DNA of 63,522 nt, filler included, from Hausera hauseri (lineage: Eukaryota): NCBI GenBank assembly GCA_046269625.1. It is 11 parts of 11 records of this genome, joined end to end, with 100 filler letters (N's around TTAATTAATTAA, not from the genome) between each part and the next. Parts side by side here need not be neighbours in the genome. Positions count along the whole stretch, not along the records: positions 22,761 to 27,073 come from JBJURY010641441.1; positions 27,174 to 31,421 come from JBJURY010677328.1; positions 31,522 to 36,781 come from JBJURY010296279.1; 8 more parts are not named here. One strand, 5' to 3'. The position numbers and the translations under genes are program-made. Shown one piece after another: positions 22,901-34,500 of the stretch. The notes under the pieces were generated by a model that did no database searches, was not told the origin of the DNA, and was given only the letters and a program-made list of their open reading frames with translations. Within the stretch, counting starts at the first letter, position 1. Every line of letters begins with the position of its first letter.

Positions 22901-25565
22901 TTAGGAGACAAAGTGTTGTTCCAATAGGTACTCATTCCATCTTCTCATTTGAGAAATATATGATAGTAAAGTCCGTCGTTTCTTACTTCTGGCAGTGATT
23001 AAAGTCCATGTTCTTCTAGTGTTTTCGATGGGTTTAGATCTTTTCTCCTTTATCTTCTTTGGTGAGAGGTTATTTTCATCATTATTATTATCATCGTCAT
23101 CATTCTTGTTTTTGTTTTTCTGTTCCCATTCAGCATCCTTTTTTATCAGGAAACAGCTGGCTATGAATGGAATTAATGCATAAATAGTTTTCCATGCACA
23201 TCCGGCAGCTTGTTTAATGCCGTATCCTTTAGTTATCATGGTCAATATCGCTTTTATAAAGGCAAAGATATAATAAAATCCTATCCATCCAGAATTAAAT
23301 TGACCAAAAGACATATACCATCCCCATGCGGTCGCAAATATATCTTTAGCTATTTTCTTGGCATATTCTGGTCCCATCAAATTTTCCCAGTTAGCTTTCC
23401 CGGTGTGATCAACTAACACTCTCATTGCCATCTTTGTTAAAATTTTCTGTCTCTTTTGGGGGAACATCATCATTCTTCTATGATTTTCCATATCTTGTTC
23501 GCAAGACACACCCATCTTTACCAAATCTGTCAATGGCTTGTATGTTTGTTCGGTCTTCAAATTGATTAAACTAATCCCTCGAGGTAGAGTAATCTGCTCC
23601 TTTTTCGGCATTCTTATCCATAAATTGTCGCTTAATCAAAATGCTGGCGACATAATATATGTACAATTTTCATGTACATATGGTTTCTCCATAGGATCTA
23701 ATAATATACGAGTAATTGGTTGCAAGAAACGTGGCTTTTCCTTGTACCAAACAAGTAACTCCATGGTACAGTCTGTTGTTGGTCTCAGTTTGACAGCTAC
23801 TTTTGTACATTCAAAAGTTACAAGTGTCTCACCCATTGTTCGAGAGAACTTTCCTTCTGCATCGGGAGATTCAGCTGGATCTTTTATTATTCCGTCCGTT
23901 ATCGCTAATAGATATATTCGGTTTCTAATTATCTCTCTGTTGATTATCTGTTGATTATATCTCTGTTGACATAATTGATACCAGTTTGCTTTTCCAGTGT
24001 GATCAGCTAACACTCTCATAGCCATCTATGTTAAAACTTTCTGTCTCTGTTGATGGAACATCATCATCCTTCTATCTTTTTCCATATCTTGCTCAGCGTA
24101 CACACCCATCTTTACTAAGTCTGTTAATGGCTTATATGTTTGTTCAGTTTTCAAATTAATTAAACTAATCCTCCGAGGTGGAGTGATCTGCTCCTTCTTC
24201 GGCATCCTTATCCATAAGTTATCGCTTAGTCGGTATGCTGGCGACATAGTGTATGTACAATTTTGGTGTACATATGGTTTTTCTGCCGGATCCAATAATA
24301 TCCGGGTAATTGGTTGCAAGAAACGTGGCTTTTTTTTATACCAAACAGGTAACTCCATGGTACAATCAGTTGTCGGCCTTAATTTGACAGCTACTTTTAT
24401 ACACTCGAGAGTTACGAGTGTTTCGCCCATTGTTTGAGCAAATTTACCTTCTGCATCGGGAGACTCAGCGGGATCTTTTATTATTCCGTCCGTTATCGCT
24501 GACAGATATATCCGATTTCTAATTATCTCTCTATTCAGCTTACAATCATTTAATATTATCTCTCGATACATAGCATAAATATTTTCTTGTTGGAAGTGAT
24601 AAATAAAATCGATCTTATTATCGAAGTAAAGATGAGGCTTTACTTCTGATTTATCAATCTTCCTCTTAGCTTTTGTTATTTCTGTTGTGGATAAAAATAT
24701 CCCTTTATAATTTGTTCAAAATATCGTGTAATCACATCTGGTATCACTTTCTAGTTTAAATCTCATTCAATCTTGAGGATTTACTGAATATACTATGGTA
24801 GGAGTCTCAATCATATCCGATATTCGATCTAGTCTACTCTAAGATATTTCTTCTTTATACATTCGGCCTTTTGTTTTGTTAAATTTTCCTAGCTTTAAAA
24901 GAGCTAACTGAAATTAATCTCTCAACTTCATATGACATAATTGATTCACCAGTGTCGCATTATTTATTATAGTAATCACATTCAGGGAATGTCGTCATCG
25001 TCTCTGAGTATAGTTCGAAGAGGGCATCGTATTCCCTCAATTCAACTTGATAATCTTCTATGGCCACTATATTGTCTAAAATTTCACCACTGATATTGTT
25101 GGACTCACCCTTAAAATATCCTGTATTATCAATTGTCCCGGCAACAAAAATTCTTTTATTAATGATTTTTCCTTTCTGATCCTTCAAACGAATATTTCCT
25201 ATATTGATCTGTTTTGTTACAAAAGCCTCTATACACATTTGTTTACATACAGGAAGTGGCTGGAACGGAGTGGTTGGTACAACTATTGCTGAGTTTTGAT
25301 ACCAATATTCACAAATAAAGTGAAAATGATTTTGTCGATCAAAACATTCTTTCACCTTAGTTTTCACAAATTCCGACTCTTAATAAACGTAGTATTCTTT
25401 TCCGATATTGTAGTTAATGACTCCGGATTGGCCAATTGACATTTTTCTAAGTTTAGTAAGGAATGTATAGGACCTTCCTTAACTTGACTAAAATCATAAG
25501 CAATGATTGAAAGTGCTTTGGGCATCAGGCTAAACAGAAGGAGTATAGGTGTAATTTTTGTTAGC
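22901..25565 (-). pseudogene. Chuvirus-type (class III fusion-like) envelope glycoprotein, disrupted, with internal 594-bp duplication
   Basis: Signal-like ILLLFSLMPKALS then IIAYD..SLL.LEKC; MYREIILNDCKL; GETLVTLEC.KV.VK.R..DCTMELPVWY..FLQPITRIL; C-terminal hydrophobic segments. Confidence 0.85.
23387..24534 (-). repeat. In-frame tandem duplication (period 594 nt) inside the glycoprotein
   Basis: GGATCTAATAATA at 23694 vs GGATCCAATAATA at 24288; near-identical peptides in ORFs 24026-24571 and 23636-24025/22901-23611. Confidence 0.95.
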
Positions 25566-27073
25566 CATGATAAATCGAAATCTGTTTGTAGATTTCGTTG
25601 GCTCACCGATTGTTGTTGTGGACGATATTCTGTTCGTTGTTGTGTAATTGGAGCCGATTCATGTATTACTGTATGAACCAAACTGGTAACCCATCCACCT
25701 CTACATTCTACACATCCTTCAACATTGGCCTTTAAAGCACTTGTAGCAATTTCTATATTTCTCCCTATCTTTGTCCCGTTCGGATTTACTCCATTCATCA
25801 CCAATACCTTACACAAGAGATAAGATATGGCTGTTACGATTTTATTTCCAGATATGCCGGTGCCCATCATTCTAGATATTATATCTCTTTTCTAGATTTC
25901 ATTTATCCTCTGATTTTTTGGGATATCTGCAAATTGTTCACTAATCTTTGCGACCTCATTCTTTATAACATGCATTAGTGAATCCGGTATTTACAGATTA
26001 GTATTGAACTCAACGAATGCATTGTGCATTCTTCCTAACAAGGTATGTAGTAATGTTGTCAGTAATACATTATCTACGTCATATTCATCTTCTGTTGTTA
26101 GCAATCTTCGAACGACTTCGTCATCTCTGGCTTTCCTACCTTTCAACTGATAAAGTTTCGTCGTTCCTTTTGATCTGCAACGGTTTCTTTTATCTGTTAG
26201 CATTTGTTCTGATATAGACATATTCAATCCCGTTTCTATTTGTTGAACCTCATGCTGATGTTCGATTTTCCGTTTTTCTTTTCGCCTAAAATCGGTGATA
26301 ATATCGTCAATTATTTCTTGTTCTGACTGTTTATAAGTAATACACACAGGATTGTATCGGTTTTTCCAAATACCTACTTCATACAAAGTTTCATGATTCA
26401 ACAGAGTGCGTCCATAGAAACGTAACTCTATTTCTCCTCGAGGCTGAATAATCCCATTGATATTATTTTTCAATGTCATTATTGTATCCAATGACTTCAT
26501 TCTTAAAACATGAAAATCTTGGTTATACTGTTGTAGTGTAACCATTACTTCGGGGTTTTCTCGGACTGTCCTCACTCTATCTGCATATCGATAAATTATG
26601 TATCGTACGATATTCTGATATTGGCATGTACCCGCCGCATACATTAACAGCAAATCCAGTAAATTAGCAAATTGTTGATGGCTAATTGTTGGCGATAGTA
26701 GCATAGACAGATCTTGCCTAAACCGAGTACTATTTATTATTTCTTGGTTGGCATAGCTGGATATTTTTCGAACTATTTCTACGCCATCCTGATCTATTTC
26801 CACAGATAATAACTCATAACTTGTGGATTTTTCCTTTATTTTCTATTTCGTTATTCCTTTTATCTTCTCCTTGAGTGCACTTTCTTCACTGGTCTTACTT
26901 TTTTCACTTTTACTTCCCAAAGGCGGATTGAGTTCCGGAATCTTCAATTCTTCTCCTTGTATTAAAAGTTTATCCTTTTTCTTGACCCTTTTCTTTTCAA
27001 TATCCGATTTTTATGTGGGAGTCTTTTTGGGCCTACCAATAAGAACAATGACTGAGCTTTCGGCGTTCATTGT
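25566..27073 (-). pseudogene. Polyprotein segment upstream of and in frame with the glycoprotein; contains a ubiquitin-like domain (about 26333-26548)
   Basis: ORFs 25991-26803 and 25364-25870 are in the same frame (120-nt gap with stops); DTIMTLKNNI..P..IELRFYGRTLLNHETLYEVGI matches the ubiquitin pattern. Confidence 0.7.
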
Positions 27074-27173
27074 NNNNNNNNNNNNNNNNNNNNNNNNNNN
27101 NNNNNNNNNNNNNNNNNTTAATTAATTAANNNNNNNNNNNNNNNNNNNNNNNNNNNNNNNNNNNNNNNNNNNN

Positions 27174-28855
27174 AATCAAGAAGGTACATTTTATCTTGCC
27201 TTTCAGAGTGATATATCCTGCCCAATGGAGCAGTGCCCACGTTGCCAACAGTTATCACCATTTTAGCATTTCTTTTATAACTATGAAGAACTAAACCAAC
27301 GTTTGTCACTAACGTAACCCCGTTAACGATGCTACATTAACAATTAAACCCAGATCACTCGGTTACATCGATGTTCATACTGAGACTGATTCGAAGGACG
27401 GAATCTTTCTTCTAAGGGGCAGAAATGTTAAGGTTTGTTAATTAAGGCCTGAAAACATTTCGAAAACACGAAAATTCCAAAAACATAAAACATTTTTAAA
27501 ACATGAAAATATAAACAGATCGAATTAACAATTACTGAGGCATTAACACTGATCCTGATTTATCCATGCTTAACAATATTTTGTGATTCAAAAATCAAGA
27601 ATGATTTAACCGAGACTATGTGAATATTCTGTGATTAATAGTAAATCCTTGTGTACATAAATGTCCTTTATCTTTTAATTTTGTTAAACTTTTGATGGGT
27701 GTCTCCTCCGTTTCTCTGCACTGTACCCAAATTGTATCGAAAAAGCGGCAAAGTAATAAATTGATTAATCAAACTGGTAGTAAAATGCTTGGTGATAAAT
27801 TGTGCCAAGGGTTCAGTGTGTATAAGTATATTTATCTTAAAAATTATAGATATTTTATTTCCTTATTATTTTGCAAAGATTATTTCTATTATAGAATTGA
27901 AACTATTTTTATATTTTTAAATTTTGGGAATAAGACAACCGTGTGATTATGATAATATAATTTTGGTTGTCAATCTTTTAAATATAAGAATTAGTGTATG
28001 ACTTGTGGCGAGAGTTTATAGAGAATTCGCATACTACATTATGACTGACACGTTTTGAAGGCCGACGTCTATGAACCGAGCAAGAGGTTAATTGAGAAGA
28101 TTGTTAATGCTCATTAACAAATGGACGAATTTCAATATGTGGTTGTTCAACTTAAGCTTCAGAACAAGATGACTGTTGATAGTGAGTTATTTTGTTGTAG
28201 GGTTATTTGAAGAATTAAAAGTACGATTATTAGCATTGAAATTTAAATTGCCACACATCAGTTATAAATTTAGGCAGTATAAATATTGGTTCAAAGAAAA
28301 GTATCTTAATTTCTACTTTTGCAAACAACTGTCAGACGTATTTAAGTATATGTACAAATGGTCCAAACCATTCGTCACTTGAAAACTGTCACGACGCAAT
28401 GAAAAAATATGTTAATTATTTATATGTTTAAATTTAGTGAGTTGCTTGTGGAAGAGTAAGAAGATTGCTTAATTAGCACAAGTTTTCTGTTAACTTGGCT
28501 TCACAAATTTATTTAGAAAATAAATAAATAACTCCAAAGAGAAAAGTTATATTAAAACCACAACCGAACCAAGTAAATATAAAACAAATAGATCATAAAC
28601 AGAATACTCACTTATTACTGATCGGTCGAACTCATAAAATTTGTGGTTCAAAAATCATAAAATTTATGTTGTGTTGTATTGCAGTTTTACCAACTATTAA
28701 ATAGTTATTTGCCAGCTATTTTTAGGTTCAAAATAGTGGCAGAGAAAATTTACAGGAACAGTATGGTAATTTATTTATAGATTGTATTTAGTCATTTATT
28801 TTCAGAGTTCCCCGATCAATGGTTAAAGTACACAGTACACAACATTCCCCGACCC
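27174..28855 (-). mobile_element. PPT and start of a long 3' LTR (LTR begins at 28844; distal end not located)
   Basis: Minus strand GGGTCGGGGAA|TGTTGTG about 290 nt after the ORF stop; same arrangement at 45567. Confidence 0.65.
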
Positions 28856-29139
28856 ATAAAAATACGCATGCAAAAATAAAAAGGGGAAACAAAGATACAT
28901 AAGAGGTATATAAATACAAAATGAAAGTCACGAAGGAACAAGAATTTCAGTTAGTGAATAAGTAATGTTCATATACAAAGTGATACAATTAAAATGAAAT
29001 GAGTTTACAAAATATACAGGTGAAAATCAATGTCACGATCAAATGTTAATGTTAATGTTCTCATCTGATTATTCAACGACGATATCTGATTTGTATCTGG
29101 ACGACGAAACTGAATAGGAACTGATCTGGTTTTTGCTAT

Positions 29140-31421
29140 TTAATCATCAAGATCCACGTTTTCATAGTCGATGCGCGATTCGATAAAATCTTCTTTTTCG
29201 GGTTTTGAACCTTGTCTGGGCCGTTCTATTGGGATCAATATGGGTTGCTTCTGTTTCATTAAGAGCAGGTATTTGATGTGACCGTTAAAAAATGTCTCCG
29301 TAATAGCATCAGAAGTTAGTGTAGTATCCAGTCGTATCCGTAGCTTCGTGTTTAGTGAGATTCCATAATTTATGGGTAAATTTAACACTGCTACTGGACT
29401 CCGATAGGGAATAATGAAATAATGATTATTGGGCCTCTGATATATCATGCCAATAAGAAGGTTGTTCTCTGTACTCCATTTGTATAATTTTCTTGAGGAG
29501 ATGGTATCCTTTAAAAAATATGGTCGATCGATTCTGTGAATTGGTACCGGTAGATTCAGGAAATTCTTTTTTATTATTATTCCGAAGTTAAACTTTAATT
29601 CTTCCTTATTAATCAACGTATGTTCAATTTGCAGGGCCAATGTTTCGGTAGGGGACGGTTGAGTTTGACTTGCCATGCTAATCGTTTTTACTGGGTAACG
29701 CCAACGTCCAAGTTCACTTTCTTCGTCATCTTCTATGTTCTGGGGGGCCAGTATCTGCTGGATATCCATATTATCAATTATATCCTCTTCATTATCGCTT
29801 TCGGCGTCTTGTATTTCCACATTTTCTGGTGTAGCCAATTCTAAGTCTTCTTCTATGAAATCTTCCTTGCTATCGATCAATTTTTGGCTATTTGTATTAA
29901 CTACCTCTACTTCAATTTTGTGGACCCATGCAAATTCTTGTAGATACTTCTCTCTGCAGTAAAACAATTCTCCAACGTCTACTATGTTTTCATTTATCTT
30001 GTCAGGTGTCCAATTAGGTTCGCGTTTGATATCTGAAATCTTCTGAAGGATATCTAAAGCCAATTCCAGTTTCCCGTTGGTATTTTGTTCGTACATTTGC
30101 CCGTTCCTATGTTTTGGTAATCTTAGCTCCCTGGCTACATTCGTTATGTCTATTGTATTGAACGATACTCCGGTGACATCCGGGTGTTTCAATAGGTCAA
30201 TTGCACCAGCCAAATAATTTGATGGCACCTCGAACATTTGTAATGCTCGGTGTATGTCCAGTCCGATGACAATTGTTCCGAAAAGCCATTGAATGACTTC
30301 TTTTGAGACTTCGAAGATATCAAAACCATGGGCTTGTAAGGATTGAAAATCAATACCGTGCCTACCGGTATTGCAATTATGCACTCTAACTCTGTTCACA
30401 ACCAGGGAATGGTACAATATTTTACCCTTGATGTTTGTTATGGTCACTTCTAAGGGCAGTGAAGTATTATCCGGTGAAAATCCAAAGGATACCGTTAGGA
30501 TTCTAATTGTAGCTGACTGGCTTGTTTGCAGGTAATTTAATCGTGCATTTGCAATGTATTCAGGCGGAGTTTGAACTAGGACCATAGGCCTAGGTAAGGA
30601 TAAATGTTTTTCTGGCAAAAGCCATTCCAACATGATTACTAGAGGGATCCGATTCGGCCGGATTTGAATTAAATCTACACTCATGGGTGTATTTATAGCC
30701 AGTGATTCTTCCTCGAAGATGGTGGAGATATTGGATAGCGTGTATTGCGAGTTCTTTTTAGTTTTTAGAACGGCGGTTCCACGTGCCATATGTAGAATCA
30801 AACCATCTATTGATGGACATTCTGTGATAAATTCGTCCATATTTCTTTGCTTGGGTTCTGTTACAGTGATTATTTTTGCATGTCTATTGACAGTGGGACC
30901 ATACTTCAAATGATTCGGTATTTTAGATATTTGCGGGAACAACAATTCTGGATAGATTGACGCCTCACGTCTTATATGATTGTAGAAGGATCTCGCCATG
31001 GTTTTGGTAAAGGATGAATTTTTGGCTCCGTACTGTGCCAATAACTGATCGATGGGCAATATATCTGCATGGAAGAGAGGAAAATTTGTGGATGAGATAG
31101 TTTTATGGTGAATAGTATTTTCTGCTCTCATTTCAATCATGTTTGGTTTGTACTGATCTTGAAAGTTTTGTTTTTGGACTGAGTGTCGTTTTGAAATCTG
31201 TATTGAATTGAACTGACGTTTGAGTTTGTTTTGGTTTGAAAAAGGGACTGAATAGAAAAATTTGTCAAATTTATACTTACTTTTTGGTGTCGTTGTGCTG
31301 TCTGGTAACCAGACCAATAATAAAGCTGTAAAAATGGGACCTATTGTGCGTGGCGCATATGTGTGCATGCTAACTTGCGATGACATCAGCTGTGGCTGGT
31401 CACGCGATTTTAGCGGGCAGT
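29140..31421 (-). CDS. Large accessory protein (>748 aa, 5' open) with a degenerate DEDDh/REX4-like domain, acidic linker and conserved C-terminal domain
   Basis: Uninterrupted ORF; EVTITNIKGKILYHSLV..NTGRHGI..EVSKEV..GTIVIG resembles the REX4/ISG20 core; C-terminus homologous to 45880-46278. Confidence 0.8.
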
Positions 31422-31521
31422 NNNNNNNNNNNNNNNNNNNNNNNNNNNNNNNNNNNNNNNNNNNNTTAATTAATTAANNNNNNNNNNNNNNNNNNNNNNN
31501 NNNNNNNNNNNNNNNNNNNNN

Positions 31522-34500
31522 TCTTTATTATTACCTATCCTTTGTCTGCAAGTGTTTATTATTCTTTTTCTTTCTTCTTTAAATGGTCTAGCTATTTCAT
31601 CATCATCTGGTAATTCACAAAATATTATATGATACCGTATTGCATTCAATTTACCCGAAAATCCACTTGCGTTTACTGTATCAAATTTATCTATATCCAT
31701 ATAATCCTCCGGGGTTAATATGGTGTTCACATCTCGTTCTAAGTAATCGTTCCATACTATCCGTGCTTCGTCTTCCTCAAAAAGTTTTATATCTTCTCGA
31801 ATAAGATCATCCTTTATAGCCATAAGTGCGTAAGTCATCCAACAATTAATCGCATAAGTTTCAGACTGAGAATTAGTATGTAACTCCTCACTATAATATC
31901 TAAACAGGTCCAAGCATCGATTAGCTCTCTTTGTTATTCATTTCGGAGTTCTACTTGCTAGTAATTTCGGAGAGAGTCCTCGAAGATAGTTAGTTATACT
32001 AGTTATAGGGAATGATTTAGTTATACCAGTTATAGTAAATTACGGTGGTCTTTTTTGCAAAAATGAGTAATTAACATTCGTTCTCTTCGACTTCCAATAA
32101 ATAGGGGTAGATATTTGTTTCTATCTCCGTATACTATACTTTCTTCATATGTTAGATCATTTTTTCTATTAGAAAATCAAATGATCGAAGGAAACAAATT
32201 ATCTGTGGTGTAGAATGACTTTTTAATCGAGCCTTTATTAACGACTCATGTTTTGGACACATAGGTTCATTACCTAATATTCCAATCATTTCGTTCCATG
32301 TTCCTATCACGATTTTAGTTGGTTGTAACCATATGGGTTGTAATTATATTTCCATTATAACTCGTTGTAGTAGACAAAATCCTTGATAGTATACCCTAGT
32401 TTGAAAATCAACCCATGGGCTGAATTTTACATCATCTATCGGAATCTTGTATGAGACGTATAAAAGACTGGATATTAAAAGTAGTTAATAATCATAGGTT
32501 GATTTCTTAAAATCTATTCCTGTTTCTTGTCTTAGTCGATTAAAATATGATTCATATAGAATCATATACAGTTTCATGAAGTTTTCTGTAACCTCATGTG
32601 GTAGTTGATCTATACTACCTTGCAGTAGTAGACAGTTAACAATATGTCTACGTCGTTCTCTAGGTGTTTCCCCGTATATAAGAAGTTTTGTATCAGGATA
32701 ATCGGGATAAAGTAGAGTGGCATAGTCGGTTTTTGGTTCAATATCGTCTAACGACTGTTCGTTTCTGTTGGCGATAATGCGCAAATTCGTTATTGTGTTT
32801 GGGATATCTTCCTCTTCTGGGCATATTCTTGTTGAATTTATCGGAAAGTGTGGTGGTTTATATACCAGTCTATACAACTCTTGGTCCATTTCTTCCCTTA
32901 ATGATGGAAGATTTACTGGGTTTATTCTTAAGGTATTTACTAATCTAAAATAGGGAATTACTTGATTAGCCATTGTATAATTATGTATTCCTTCATTATG
33001 GTAGCCAAAATCGTCTTTGTCTCATGTGTCGTTACTTTTGGTATCAGATTAATAGCCTCTCGTATTGCCTCTATTAGCTCTGGTGCTACATACTTTTTAA
33101 TTTTATATGGTTCCGTTCACTTCCATTTTTATTTAATTCTTCCATAGCCTCCTGTAGTGGTTTAGGTAGCTTCCTCCATTCTTCGTTATTAGCGTAATTT
33201 TTCCTCCCTTTCTTCAAAGGAAGTTTATATGTAGAGTTAATAATCTTCCAGCTTACTCTTTGATTTGGAAATGGCAATCTTTTCCCTAAGTGGAAAGAGC
33301 ATTCATGGATTATATTCTTCTTCCTATAGTCTGTCATTATTTATGTTAGATTGGAATAATCATCTTCAAATTGTGTTTGTTTTTGATGTTGTTTTTCAAG
33401 TAATCGTTGATTTGATGAAGGATCCAGGTGCATCTCCTCCAGTGGAAAACTTGAAGGTACTTCTTGGACATGATCTACTTTATTCTTACTGACTTCGTTG
33501 TTTGTTTCTTTATTTCTCCCCAAGAATTTATCATTCTTGTTATTATGCGGAAAATTCCTGCGACGACTCATCTTCCTATACTTTTTGGTTACAAATGTAT
33601 TCTTCACGCTGCCTTTTGAAAGGGTCAGCTAACACTTGATAATTGTTCAACATGCAGAACAACATTCTATATCGTAAAGCATTTAAATTGCCTGTTAGTT
33701 CCTTTTCATTTACTTGTTCCAGCCGATTAATTTCGATACTATCTTCCTCTGTTAACGGCGTATCCTCATTCCATTTCTTCTATTTTTTCTTTCCTTAATT
33801 CGTCTTTTATTGTCATTAATATATAAGTCAACCAACAATTAACCATAAACATATCGGATGTTGTCCTATTTATCAATTCTCTTCCGAATTTCCTATATAA
33901 GCCAATACATCTCTTTCCTATTTCTCTACCTTTCCTTTGAGTTACAAATTTTTCGCATAATGGAGACGTTTGCCGTAATAACATAAACATATCTATATTG
34001 GGTAGTTGCATTTTCTTCTCGCTTGCAGTGTTAATAAAAAGAATTCTTTCTTGCGCGCTACCAATAAACAGAGGTTTGTATCTTCTTATGTCCCTGTAAT
34101 CGGAATAAGCTGATATAAGTGAGGTTTTCTTGTTAGGTGTTAATTTATGGCTATGATTTCATGATTTTTATTGTAGATGTAATGTGTCGGCTCCATATTG
34201 GAATAAATTCGATTTGCTTGTGCTTCACTATTCATCCTTAACGTTCTCACTAATTTGTCATAATTCAGACATTCTCTGAACGTTTGATAACCATAAGGAA
34301 ATCGGAAAGAGGATTCCATTGCACTTACTTTGGGTTCATCAATTATGAGAATTGTATTATCCATATTTCCAGTCATTTCAAATTCTTGTTTACCATGACG
34401 TCTATTTCGATTGAAGTTTGGGGCGCACACAATTCTTCATTCACCAAAACATTTATCCCAATTGAAGTTTGGGACGCTTACGATCCTTAAAAATTCCATA

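Noticed and set aside
25566-26803. Chuvirus nucleoprotein upstream of G
   Set aside because: No N motifs recognised; the region is in frame with G and contains a UBL instead
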